Assembly (NCBI RefSeq): GCF_009914755.1
Contig: NC_060936.1
Strand: one strand, 5' to 3'
Length of the DNA stretch: 64,000 nucleotides
From: the human T2T-CHM13v2.0 reference genome, Homo sapiens
The translations under genes were made by a program, and so were the position numbers. Of this stretch, positions 43,493-57,689 are shown piece by piece; within the stretch, counting starts at the first letter, position 1, and each line of letters begins with the position of its first letter. Below the pieces are notes generated by a model. It worked only from the letters and a program-made list of their open reading frames with translations, did no database searches and was not told where the DNA came from.

Positions 43493-45263
43493 AGAATTCA
43501 TACATCTTACTAGGCAGAAATCAATTCTTTGTAAATAATAAGAATATGTGTAAAGTCCATCAGTTAGTTCAAAATTAACAGGCAGATGATGAAGTCTTAA
43601 CTTTGCAGCAAAATGTCAAAAATGCGTTTGGGTTTTAGTGAACCACAGGCTTAAGAGCAGCCAAATGGTGCTTAAAAAGTTAAAACTAAGAGAACTGTGC
43701 TGAGGTTAAGAATGGTTAATGAGATTCCTGGATCTAAGGTATTTGCATCATGTCTCCTGGCCTGTGTTAGGGCCTAGGTGCTGCAGGGGCATTCCTTATC
43801 TGGAGTCCATCATGGTGAGATGACGGGAGAGGAGGTAGAAGCGTTCCCAGGGTGGTTGAAGTGAACCTGGGCAGACGCAGAAGAAATTGATAAGACCTGA
43901 CCTCCAAGGGAGAATCGAGGTCACTGCACGTGCTCAATCTGGAGAAGAAAAGACATCATGGAGACTCAACTGTGTGCCAAAAATTAAACACTATCATTCG
44001 GAAGTGAAAATAAGTTTATTTTTCAGTGTTCTGAAGCAACTAGAAGTCAAAGTGATGAGAATATTTATATTATTTCAATAAAAGAAACTTTCCTAACAGA
44101 AGCATGAACCAGCACTGGAACTGCTCATCTCACAGTGAGTCCCTGGACATCTGAAGTGTGCAGATGGGAGCCAAATGCCCAGCTTGTTCAGGCATAACAT
44201 GTGGAGGAGAGTCGTATGACATAGGAGCTTTGCTCTGATGACCTCCCATGTCCCTAACTTCTTTATGGTTCTTTAGGTTATCTGGACGTTTTAGGAGGCA
44301 TATTTTGTTATTGTGTTCAACAACACATAAAAGCATCTGAGGTTAATAAGTATTCCATCTGGGAAAAGAGAAACAGAATTCTAACTACTGAAGGCCAAAA
44401 TGTATATAACAAATGGTGGAGTTTTTAACTTGAGATTCCTTTTTTCAGTCCTGTGTACAAGGAATATTTCTGCTGGTGATTACTTTCAGTTGCAACATTA
44501 TAATTCACAGAATTGAGTAGGAATTACAAAATATAGAAAAAGAAAGAAAACCCAAAACCGTTAGAATCCACATGAATTTTAATGATTTATTAGCATATGC
44601 ACAAAGCGTGAATGTTAAATATGGCAAATTGATTGATCTGAGGCAAACTTCCAAGGGGAAAAATTGCTACATACTCTCTCTCTCTTTCAGTTAACATCTG
44701 CCATGTAGTGGAGGTTCCAGAGAAAAAGTGAGAGAAGCTGAGTCTGCACCCTCAACATGGAGGAAATAAGCTCTCTTAGGACCAAGAACAGAGGACAGAG
44801 GAAGGACTCCAGCATGATGGGCACCAAGGGATTTTGGTCCTTCTGAGAAAGAGGAGGTAAAGTGAATCCGTGTGGTCCTTGCAATTGTTGGTGGTAGTGG
44901 GGTGTTGGAACTAGGAAGGATCACCCTTGGAGTCTGAGAACATGTAGAGGAGAAAAGCAACAAAAACCCTATGTCCAAGAGAATGTCAGGGACGGGTTAC
45001 CTGCTGAGGAAGTGGTGGTAGTAGGTAAAGCTTGCTTTGCAGAACTAGCCATAAGAACATTTACTGGGGGAAGTATCAGCAGATTGAGCCCCTCAGGCCT
45101 GAGCTGTTATCTAATGGTGTTTCTGGGCACTGACATCAGAATTAAAGAACATTTGTGAGTCTCCAGCTTTTTCACAACCTGTGGGGAAGCAGAGAACTCT
45201 AAGGGGAGAGGGAGGAGCAGAGTTGTCTGGCAGTGGATGGTTCACTAACGGCCTGCAGGTAGC

Positions 45264-45306
45264 AGAGAGAGAGAGAGAGAGTGTGTATGTGTGTGTGTGT
45301 GTGTGT
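45264..45306. repeat. (GA)n(GT)n microsatellite
   Basis: Directly visible. Confidence 0.92.
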
Positions 45307-45672
45307 AGTTGTGTTCAGAGACACTTTTCCACCCTTTAGGACAATTGCTTAAGGAATACCTGTAAGGAGGGAAACTGAGTCTTTAAAATATTTTCTCCTT
45401 TTACTGCTAAATAATGAAACACAATCCAGAACCATGTTGAGTCAGAGTGCAACTTTTCAACATTTTCTTGTTGCTTTTAAAGCAGAATGGTCCCTTCCAC
45501 CTTGGCAGAAGGGAGAGCTGTTGATCTGCCGTTGCTCTGTAATAATCGTCTAGGGTTCCAAGCTGGCCCAAACCGAGCTTTGGCTTAACGAATTATGGAG
45601 GCAACATACCTTTTAAATAAAGCCCCACCTAGGAGAACTGCAAAAAAGAGAAAAAAAAAAGTACCTGTAAGA

Positions 45673-45835
45673 AGACTGCATGCGGTGGCTCATGCCAGTA
45701 ATCTCAGCAGTTTGGAAGGCCAAGGTGAGAAGATCACTTGAGCTGAGGAGGTTGAGGCTGCCGTGAGCCCTGTTCACTCCACTGCGCTTCAGCCTGGGTG
45801 ACAGAGTGAGAATTTGTCTCAAAGAAGAAAAAAAG
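45673..45835 (+). mobile_element. Monomeric Alu (FRAM-like)
   Basis: Single ~160-nt monomer with right-arm 3' half; TSD agtacctgtaag. Confidence 0.85.
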
Positions 45836-46867
45836 AGTACCTGTAAGGAAAACAAACAAACAAGCAAACATAAAAGCAATAGAGCAAGTGCTGTTGTTTA
45901 AAAGCATTCCCAGCACCATTAGCATCTGGGTACCTCCATTAGCATGTCTTTTTCTTTTTATTCCCCATATCTAGGCCTTATCACAAGCCTGTTATTTATC
46001 CATCCCTCTGCCACTCTCTGATTTAGGTTGCATCATCTCTTGACTGGATCACAGCCACAGCATTCTAATTACCCTCTCTACCTATCCTCTACCCTGTAGC
46101 CAAAGCGATCTTTTTAAAAAGCTAAACAGATTATATCATCCTCATACTTAATGTACTTCAGTGGCTTCATTTTTCCTCTGAGGGTAAAGACTAAAGTCAT
46201 TACCATGGCCTATGAGCCCTGATGTGATTTGGGCTCTACTCCTGTTTCATGAGTACTACCCTCTCTCTCTTCTTTATTCTCTGCCTACTGTAATGTGTGG
46301 AATAACTGCTGTAGGAACAGCACAGATGAAACTCCACCAGAGGACATGGAGAGATTTGGAAACAGGAAAAAGGCCTTACTGCCAGTGTGCAAATATGAAA
46401 TAAGAGAGATCACGAGAAAATATATCTGAGGCTTAAAAGAAGAGAAAGGTCCAGTATTTCAGCTGCAACCAGGAAACAAAGGATTCCTCCAGGGTTAATG
46501 CCCGGTTTGGATACCAGCTGTCATTTCCCATTACAGCTTGAAAATTTTGCAAGAGCCTGCCTATTACTAAGCTTCATGACATTCCTCTCTGGTCTTCATG
46601 ATAGTCTGCAGAGTCAAGGGCTGATCACAGCTAAAGTCCAAAGTCCTTTATGAATTTTCATCAAAATTAGATTTCCGGAAACTATGCCTGCTCACAGTGG
46701 CTTTTAGGTATATGATAGCAGAACCAGCAATTCAATATTCTTTATGGAGAGTTGGAAGTGAACCAGCATAATTCAACTGAAATTAGAGAGTGTAGGGGTT
46801 AAGGGGTATCTCCCAAAGGATAGGTGGGTGAATTGATGTATTAATTAATTATTAATATTAATTAATA

Positions 46868-47249
46868 GGTGCTATAATAAGTGAATGCTGATGGTTCAGT
46901 GGCTTAATAGAATATGTTTCTTGCTCACATAAAATCCAAATCGAGTGTTTGTGGATGGCATTCCAGGCAGTGATTCAGCAACTCGAGCTTATTCCATCCT
47001 GTCAGTCTTCCGTCTCCTGCAAACCCTAGAGTCCAGTAATTTCAGTGAGCAGATGGGGAAAGAATGATGAGGAAGGCACAACTGCTGTTTATCTACTTCA
47101 GCCTAGAAGTGACTCACTCTGGCTCATGTTCCATTGGTGAGAACCGGTCATATGGCTCTATCCTAAATGAAAGTTGGGTAGCTGCTTTCCAGAACAACAC
47201 CACGGAAGAAGAGTATGTTTTTGGTAGATAGCTGGTAATCTCTGCAACA
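46868..47249 (-). mobile_element. Old MLT1 (J/K-like) LTR
   Basis: 'cagtggcttaa...ttcttgctcacataa', 'ccattggtgagaaccggtcatatggc', end 'tctctgcaaca'. Confidence 0.6.
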
Positions 47250-47289
47250 GAGTGAGAGAAAAATCATGTTTCATCTGTTGATTCCTACC

Positions 47290-47291
<2 letters not shown>

Positions 47292-47323
<32 letters not shown>

Positions 47324-47645
47324 GTTTTAATTTTAAGTTCAGGGGTCCATGTGCAGGTTTGTTACATAGGTAAACTTGTGTCATGAGGGTGTGTTATACA
47401 TATTATTTCATCTCCCAGGTATTAAGCCTAGTTATTTTTTCTGATCCTCTCCCTCCTTCCACCCTCCCGCTGTCTGACAGGCTTCAGTGTGTGTAGTTCC
47501 CCCTCTGTGTGTCCATGTGTTCTCATCATTTAGCTCCCACTTATAAGTGAGAACATGCAGCATTTGGTTTTCTGTTCCTGCATTAGTTTACTAAGGATAA
47601 TAGCCTCCAGATCCACCCATGTCCCTGCAAAGGACATGATCTTGT
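47292..47645 (-). mobile_element. L1PA 3' fragment with (TAA)n tail
   Basis: 'tttagctcccacttataagtgagaacatgcag', 'ccctgcaaaggacatgatc'. Confidence 0.92.
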
Positions 47646-48522
47646 TTTTCTTTTTCTTTTTTTTTTAACCTACTCATTATTATGTATTAATTTTTCTTCC
47701 CTTAGCAATAATCACTAAGTTGAATTATTTATCATTTGTTGACTGAATCTAAAAACAGTTGGACTCTCTCAGGAGAGGAGAGAGACTGGTAGGATTTCCC
47801 GTTGTGAGAAAGTTTGCTCCATTCAGTTTTTGTCTACAGGATGAATAAGCATTCTTTCTCTCACTGTGGTAGTGGTAGGGTGTGGGAGATAGCGAAATTC
47901 TTGTTTGTTTGAGATCTGCCTTGTACTCCCACTTAGACTCATGTCCAATGACTTAACGGCATTTTATATTGATCACACACATAGTTGAGGGGCTTGGTGC
48001 AGATATTATTTACTAGCATGAATTTTTGTGTGTGAATATTATATAGTAAGAAGTAATATTGTTCAGTATATACATTTTCTTCGTGACATGAAATAAGACA
48101 ATGAGTTGTTTTTTTCCGTAATCCACTCACAATGGACAGAAAGAGTATTAACTAAAATGTTTGAGGGTGAAGAATAAGTTAAGAGTACATGGGGGAAAAT
48201 TACCTGTTCTACTAAGTAAGAATACTTAGTATTGTCTGTTAATGCAGAGGGCTGGGCCAGAGAAGGTGAGTAAATGTTAATATAAGAGATTAACACACTA
48301 TGGTTGGGTGCAGAGTCTGAAGCAGATCGTTTGATATTGTTGTTTTATGCTCTACTACATCTAATTAGGTAGATGACAACTTCAAGAAAACCCTTTCTTC
48401 CTTTACTAATGCCAAGGAGGATCAGCTCAAGAGCCATTTGTATGTCTTTCTTTCTCTGATGTTTTTCATGTTTGAATATTGGAAGGACAGAGAAAAAATT
48501 CATTTGCTTAAGAAAAGCAAAT

Positions 48523-48917
<395 letters not shown>

Positions 48918-49493
48918 TTAAGAAATATGGATTCATCAATTGAAATTTTATTCAAGTCCCATGTACTTACCTAGGGTGGCATTTTAGTAACTGGTGCTGA
49001 CTCAAACAATGTTTTTCGGAGATATTTTACCCATATTAGAAACAGGTGAAAGGATCTTGGCCTACTGTTAGGATTCATTTTCACAGTTAGCCCGATCTCG
49101 CGGTGGTTGTATATTTGCAATAAAATACGTGGGTGGACAGAGCAGAGGATTATCCCTGAGATGTAGAATAGAAAGATTAAGGCTGTGACATCAAGATGAT
49201 TCCGCTGCATACAAAGCCTGCATTTCTTTAGATATCAGGAATATCTGCCAAGGGGAGGCCATCAGAGAGTTCCATGCACCGAGGGTTCTATTATCTGTCA
49301 GAACACAGATCTAGACCTAAGCAGTGGGCATTACTAGCAGGCACAATTTTCTAAATATCAATATCACTAAAATATGGAAACAGTGAGAGTTGTCTCAGAA
49401 TGGAATAGGCCACTTTGTATGATGGAGTCCTCCATTACGCTGGACAATGATTAGGGGTTAAATACTTTGGCTAGATTTCAACCAGGTGACTTC

Positions 49494-50049
49494 TGAGAGA
49501 CTGAATATACAAATGGACAATGGCTAGACCATACATAAAAGGAGAACCCTGATCCACAGTCTGCAGCAACCAGCCCAGGAAATCAATTCATAATCTCTAG
49601 TAACCAGTCCAGGAAGCCAACCCACTATCTATAAATCAGACATGTAGGAAGTCAGATCATTATCTCTAGCAACTGGTCCAGGGAGCCAAACACTAACCCC
49701 TGTAACAATCAGTCTCAAACAACCAGGAATTGATTAATAACTGGCAGCTTCCTTGATTCTTTTTCCCTTTTTCCAAGTTAGGTCCAACCAGAAAAAGCCA
49801 AATATGCACTCCTAACCAATCACACAGGTTGCCCTGCTTCTAGTTAGCCCATTGACAGCTTCCCCATGCCAACAGCCTCTAAACAGGGCTGACCTGAAAC
49901 TTTTGCCTTTTTCCGCTCTAAAGCTTTCCCACTGCCCTGCCTGCCAGTCTCTGCCAAAATGCAAGTGATGGAGGCTCTCCTGCTAGAGCAATCTCTGAAG
50001 AAATAGCCTTTGCTTGTTCTCATTTGCTTGGTCTTCATTTGTTTCCACA
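49494..50049 (+). mobile_element. MER90-like ERV1 solo LTR
   Basis: tgagagactg ... gtttccaca termini, TSD cttc/attc, internal repeats of 'aacc(a/t)g(c/t)ccagg(a)agcca'. Confidence 0.7.
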
Positions 50050-50338
50050 ATTCTAATGATCTTCTGATATTTAGATTCTAAAAATCTAAGTAACAGGAAT
50101 TCTAACGACAAATTAGTGCACCCATTAGCCCATGCCAACTTCTCAGTATTGTGACATCACTGCCTCCAGGTTTTTAGGCTCACAGCATTGGAGGTGCCTG
50201 CGGTAGGGGAGAGAGCCTCGTCTGGGTAAAAAGCCCAGGTGCACTCCTTGCTGGGAACATCTCCTGCCTGTGCGACTCTGTGTCTTTAAGATTCTCTCCT
50301 TATCCCTCAAATGGGAGTGGTACTAATTCACTGTGTTT

Positions 50339-51155
<817 letters not shown>

Positions 51156-51559
51156 TAACAAGGAGGAGACTGACCCTTGGAGAGATCCAGTGCTCTTGCA
51201 AAAGTGTACAAGTAGTGAGTAGTTTGTGAAGAACTAGGACTAGGATTTTCTCTTGGCTCTTCTGATACCTTGTTCATTACAAATTCTCACATTATTTATA
51301 AAAAATATGCCATGCCTTAACTAATTTCTTTTGATTTAGGCACAGCTGTGGCCCAGATTCTAACAACCTTTCACTTAGACTACCGCCACATTCTAAGTTG
51401 GACTCTTCATTTACAAGTTCTTTTGTCAACAAATGGCAATAAAATAAGATTTTTTTTCTATCAGAGGTAACTTATTTGATACTTCCCAAAAGTACCCAGT
51501 TGCCTTTGTTATCAAACTCCAAACCTTGTGCCCACAAACTTTCTAACAAGTATAACTAA

Positions 51560-51960
51560 AATGTATTGACCATTTTATTATACACCAAGCTTTACACTAA
51601 ACATGACATAGATAATATATATAATCTATATATAATCTCATTTAATATATATTTAGAAAAATAACAATATCACATGTTAACTTATATCATATGTATTATA
51701 TCACATGTATTATACTATGTATTATATGAGTTTTATGTACATCTCTTTTTTATGAAAATCTGATTTTATACATCTGCACTGTCCAATATGCTAATATTTA
51801 ATATAATATATATACATATATATAATCTCATTTAATCTTCATGGAGTGGGTACCATTTTGAGTCCTCGATGTGAGGATATTGAAGCCGAGAGAGACTATA
51901 TGACTAGCTAGTGGCCAGTGGATCTAGGCTAAGTCTGTCAAGTGTCAATTTCCAGGCTGA
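51560..51960 (-). mobile_element. MIR remnant interrupted by a templated insertion
   Basis: 'tgtattgaccattttattatacacca...aatctcatttaat' resumes after 51817 as 'atctcatttaatcttcatgg...gatgtgaggatattgaagccgagaga'. Confidence 0.55.
51698..51794 (+). repeat. Direct repeat copy of 53098-53193
   Basis: 97 vs 96 bp, 4 substitutions and 1 indel by manual alignment. Confidence 0.95.
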
Positions 51961-52415
51961 CCACCTCTACTTCCTTCCTCCCTAACCTCTGTTTGCTTTG
52001 TGTTGATAAGTTTTGTATAAAGCTGTCTATTTTATTTCCCATTCTACTCTCTTAAATCAGCCTCGGGTATATAGTGTTTCATTCCAGAGTCTTTCTTCTG
52101 CTCAATCATTTTCCCCTCATCTCAATCAAATCAAATCAAATCCCTAGTCCGGGAAACACAGCTTGCCTCTCAATTGCTTTTTGGTGAATGCTTCCCAGGC
52201 TAATGCTATCAGATAAGCCCTCAACACTTGTAAACTTTACATATATTTTGAGTTGTTTTGATGCAGCTTTTTCAATCTCTATCATTTAATTTACATCTGA
52301 TCCTTACGTAGGTGTTCTGTTTCTTTTCTTTGTATCTCTTCACCCTAGTCTGTGCTAGATAGAAAACAGTAACATTACGGAAACCTCTGCCAGGCATGGG
52401 GAATGTTTTTATGTC

Positions 52416-52555
52416 TTTAGCCCTCTGAACTAACCAAGCTCTTCCAGCTACTTATCACTTATTCACTCATTTACTTTCACCAAGCTCCTAATCTACTTTC
52501 TCAGTTTCAACAAATATTTAGCATCAACTGCATGAACACACCACACAACATGCAT
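52416..52555. repeat. Inverted repeat, left arm
   Basis: Reverse complement of 53607-53746 with 3 mismatches in 140 bp. Confidence 0.97.
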
Positions 52556-53172
52556 TCAAAGTGCAAACCCTATCCTAATAGTAAAGAACAAAGAAAACCT
52601 TGTATAACAGGTGCTATGAAAACAGTATCAATTTCTACTAATTCTTATTCCTCTAAAAAGAAAAAGCAGAGTTAGTTGGCTTCCTATTTAACTAGGTTCA
52701 CATCTTTATTCTACTCATTGCCTCCCCTCACATTTCTGTAGTTGACTAGGAAAAGGGTACATCATCATATAATTTGCCAGTCACAGCCCTTTCTTTTTAT
52801 CTTGCTTTTGCGTCTGCCGTATATTGTAATCACAGTGTTAGTGTAAGCTGTAGAAAATCACATTTGTATGTGGCCTTGTCCTCACATAAATGTATCCTAT
52901 ATATATATTTCTGTAAAACACATAACTGCTTGCACAGATACACAGATGAACACAATCATTGGAGAATGTAGCTGGTAGGATGAGAGGATGCTTCGCTCAG
53001 TAAAGGGAAGAGAAGTAAAGTCCAAGGGACCCTACTTCTATCTTTCCTCTTAGAATTGAGTTCTTCCTTGGCTCTCGTGTTTTATTGTTTTAACTTAATA
53101 TCACATGTATTATACTATGTATTATATGAGTTTTATGCATGTCTCTTTTTATGAAAATATGATTTTATACAT

Positions 53173-53562
53173 CTGCACTGTCCAATATGCTAACCACTAG
53201 CCACATGTGGCCATGCTATACTTGGAATGTAGCTGGTTCAAACTACTCTAAGCCTAAATAGATTCCATATTTCAAAGACCAGGTAAGAAAAATGTGACAT
53301 TAAATATCTCCTTAATAATTTTTAATTTTGATCATTTGGTAAAATAACATTTTACTATATGTAGTTAAATAAAACATATTTTATTTAACATTTAAATAAA
53401 ACATATTTTATTTAACATTTAAATAAATATTTCTATACCTTTTTAAAGGTATAGAAATTAATTTTAACTCTTTCTTTTTACTTTTAAAATATAGCTACTA
53501 GAAAGCCAGCACACACATGGCTTTTGTTTGTGGCTCTTACCGTATTTCTATTGGAGAGTGTT
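53173..53562. mobile_element. MER33-like hAT-Charlie element
   Basis: Starts ctgcactgtccaatatgctaaccactagccacatgtggc and ends tatttctattggagagtgtt. Confidence 0.75.
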
Positions 53563-53606
53563 ATTATAAATGTCAGTGATTGTGCAGATTATTCAGACCT
53601 GCATAT

Positions 53607-53746
53607 ATGCATGTTGTGTGGTGTGTTCATGCAGTTGGTGCTAAATATTTGTTGAAACTGAGAAAGTAGATTAGGAGCTTGGTGAAAGTAAATGAGTGAG
53701 TAAGTGTTAAGTAGCTGGAAGAGCTTGGTTAGTTCAGAGGGCTAAA
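53607..53746. repeat. Inverted repeat, right arm
   Basis: Pairs with 52416-52555. Confidence 0.97.
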
Positions 53747-56700
53747 ATTTGCTGCCAGATATTTAAGAATCTAGGTATCATTAGATATAATGGAGATGCA
53801 GAGGCAGGAACTTTACAAACAAATGCTGTGGGATTGATAGAAAATAAGGTATGATAACTAAGGCATCCCGAAGATAGTCAACAAATATTTATTGAAGACA
53901 TATTAGATGCCAAATTCTGTTTTAAGCATCAGTGATATGAAATTGATTCATGTGTCACATTTTACCAACACTCCATGAGCTCCTGGCCTAGGATGAGAGT
54001 AGAAATACATACAATTAACAATGATCCAGTGAGACAGCCAGTCAGAGTAAACAGTATTTGCTGAAATGCCATGTGTACAGTACAAAGGAGTAAACAAGCT
54101 AAGTTTTAGAAGACCTTGGGCAGCCAAATGGCAATTAGATGAGAGTTTAATCATGTGAATGGGGGTAAGGGCTCCACAGAGGTTGTCCTGAAATTCTTAC
54201 TGCTTGTTTTCCTTGGAATAGTTCCATAGGTAACAGGCTTGAAACAGAAGGGAGTTCTGGAAGTATTATCTGAGAGAGTTTTTAACTAACTTGATACCGT
54301 ACTTATGGTAACAGAAAATGTGTTAAGTGTAAGTGACTGAGTGTGCATTTTAAGCACTGGCCAGATTTCCAACTGCCTAACAACAGAAAAACAAGCACCT
54401 GTAGGCTATTCCAGGCATTCTCTCTCCAGGCCTTATTTAGGTTTATTTGGTTGTGTTTGGGAGAGAAACCAGCTTTCAAGTGAAGCAGGTGTATCAACAT
54501 GTTTGGGTCATTACTGTGCAATGCGGTAACCAAACTTTTTACATCCCCGTTATATTTTCTAGCAGCAAAGGTGATGTCCTCAACTGTGTGCCAGGCAGTG
54601 GCTGTACCATTATCTCATTCAGTTTTGTGCCCATTCTAAATGCAACATTTCATTTGGTGACATTTCCAAAGTAGTGTGTAGGAAAGTTGTTCATGTGATG
54701 CTTATAAAGGTCACAGGGCTAACATTTTTGCCCACTTCATCTGTGAGAACTCGATAGAGAAAAACACTTTGCCTTCTTTCAGGAGAGACATAAAACAGAG
54801 ATCTGGTCCACTTGTGGATATCGAAGCACCTCTGTGGTCTCATGCTAGGGTGGTTGATTGGCTGCAGTGTCCTGGCAAAGCTTACATTGCCTGAACTGTG
54901 CTCATAAGGAGTTATTCTTTGAATTCATAGAGCTGAGTGGGTCAACAGATCCTATATATAGTAGTGAGAATCCAGAAGATAATAAGGATAGGATGAGTGA
55001 AATTATCTTATTGATTTAATTGATCCATAGAGTTGCTATAAAAATTTCCAATTCAACAAAAACATTTTTATTGCCTAGTGGTATACTTTTTCATATAGCT
55101 CAAGAAAAGTCTGTAAAAGAGGTACCATTATCCCCACTTAACAGAAGAAGAAACTGAGGCTCAGAGACATGAAATAATGGTCCATTGTTGCCCAGATAAG
55201 TTCTGTGTTTCTAATTCGATCTTAGGATTGTAGACACTGAAACGAATGCCTTTCTTTCTATGCCATGCAACTACTCATTGATAGCAGTGAGGGAGGGCTC
55301 GCTAGGTAAATCTCAACTCCTGTCAACTCTGACGTTCTTTTTCTTTCTTTTTTTCTTTTTTAGTGACCTGAATATGCCATTTAACTTCTCAGACCCCTTA
55401 AACAGAGAAAACCAGTTGCTTCTTTCAGTGGAGAATGAAACAATATATTTCCTATTTTTAAAATAGGGAATATAATGGCGAGGCTATATTCCTGAAAAAA
55501 ATGCAGAAACAATAACAATTTGAAATATGACAAAGTAATACATATTTCCTTTTCTGCAGTCACACACACACACACGCACACACCCTGCTCTTTTGAACCT
55601 GATAGGATCTCGTATAGCAATTACTCTTTTCTCCAAAATGGAAATGTTACAAAAATAAATTATTTTTCTAAAATAGTATACTAAGTACATCCTATTTCCC
55701 TAGAAAGCATGCAAAAACTACAAAAAATGGCCCTCAAATAGTGGACTTTAAAAAAAATTTTTTTTTGCATCTTCCTAGCTTCTCTTTTATTGCTCTTGTT
55801 CTAGAAGCTAGAATGTCCGTCCTAACCAACTGACAGTCATGTATCTCCCTTATCAGATCTTTTTCTCCTGGGAAAGTAATGGACTATTCAGGTGCCTTTA
55901 GTTAGTTAGGGTTTAGAAACAGTGTTGGCAATTAAATAAAATAATTAGAAAATCAAAACTGGTTAAATAATTCAATTAATATTGACATTTTCAAGATTTA
56001 GACTCTGATATTATCAGCCGCTAAAAAACAAGGGTACATAAACACCATGAATCCTGCCCTCAAGTAGATCAAAGCATTGTAGATGGAGAAATATACTGAA
56101 AACAAATGCTACATGCTAAACAGAAAGGGGGTTGCTGAGCGGAGGGAGTAATTATTTATAAAGGGAAGGTTGAGTAAGTTCACCAAAGAGTTCACAGAAA
56201 TATCATCTAAACTATGTTTTGAAAGAGATTGCAAGAAGAGAATTCCAGATGAAGGGAAATCATGGACAAACGCCCTGAGATTGAATATAACATTTGGATG
56301 TAAAACCTAAAGAAATAATTCTTGAATAACTTTTAGGTTACCTGACTCTTGTGAAGAAGCTCTATTTGGGTAGTTTGAATTTTTGTTTGTCCTCAAGGCA
56401 CCTCAGATTATTTTGAATTAAGAAATGGGTTGGTACAAAATATTTTGTAATATTTGATTGGCATGCTATCTTGTTAAATTTCTTTCTACTTAAACATGAT
56501 CAATATACATTAATTTAGTTCATGTATTATATAGCATTCCAGAACAGGAATTAGTCTTGATGAGGCATTCTTCATGATGTTGCTGTTGGAAAACATCAAA
56601 GTATCTCCAGACAACCTGTTAATTAAGAAAAAGTAAATTTATGAAAAAATGACTGCAATAAGAGTGAACACCTCCTGCAGTGTCTCTGAAGAGGGAGTAA

Positions 56701-57053
56701 GAAGAGGAATATTTATAGGGCTTTGCTGTCTGGGCTCAAGTTCTTTAAGGGAGAGTCTATTAAGGTAGGGAACTGATTGGGATTGGGCAAAGTTTGTGAT
56801 AGAACAGGCTTTATATACAAAAATATTAAAAGACAATGTTTAAATTCTCACCAAATAAGAAGAAAATAGTTTATTCAGCAATTTATGTGAACATATTTAT
56901 ATACCATAAGTAAAATAACTAGCAATAGTGTTCTGAAAATATTTTCCAAGTGCTCATTATTAGGAGCGAGTAAAATCTTTGGCCAGGGAATTACCAATGC
57001 TCTGGTGTATTTTAGGTTTTATTCTTTTGTCACCGAGGCTGCTTCTGTTCTAT

Positions 57054-57262
57054 ATATGTATATATATATATTTTTGCATAGGTTATTGGTGAATAGGTGG
57101 TATTTGGTTGCATGAGGAAGTTCTTTAGTGGGGATTTGTGAGGTTTTGGTGAACCTGTCCCCTGAGCAGTATACACGGAACCCAATTTGTAGTCTTTGAT
57201 TCATCACACCCTTCCCATCCTTTCCCCCTGAATCCCAAAGTCCATTGTGTCATTCTTATCAG
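57054..57262 (-). mobile_element. L1PB 3' fragment
   Basis: 'gttctttagtggggatttgtgaggttttggtg'; 15-bp TSD ctgcttctgttctat. Confidence 0.88.
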
Positions 57263-57689
57263 ACTGCTTCTGTTCTATTTGTACCTTGCTGCTTTGACTG
57301 ACTGAGAATAGTCAGTTTCCTGACTCAGGGAACATATTATTATTCACAGAGACTTCTCAGTACGGAGTTGCTTAAAGATCAAATTTTTAATGCAGAGTCT
57401 TTATCCTCCCTATTGAAATATATCTATTACTCATGAATAACCAAATTCACTTCCTGAGAGATATTTTAGTTATTATTGTAGCTCTGGTTGATATCTCTAC
57501 TTCTCTTGTCTCTGTCCTATCATTGAGGAAATGAGTTGAATTGTACACTGTTGTATTATTTACTTAAAACATTTAAACACCAGCAGTATGATGTAGAATG
57601 TATATTATCTATTTCTTAAAGGTGATTAAATATCATTGAAAACACTTGGGAATATACATACAATTAGGCTACATTGAAAGATTCTAATC

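Noticed and set aside
46840-46870. AT-only palindromic run (tattaattaa...)
   Set aside because: Low-complexity sequence; self-complementarity is expected by chance.
52416-53746. DNA transposon or MITE with long TIRs
   Set aside because: No TSD, no recognisable TIR ends, and the interior is ordinary genomic DNA containing an old MER33.
54300-54900. Coding-looking unique DNA (possible exon or decayed gene)
   Set aside because: The minus-strand frames I translated contain stops and no frame gave a recognisable protein motif; a tblastx or Dfam search would be needed.
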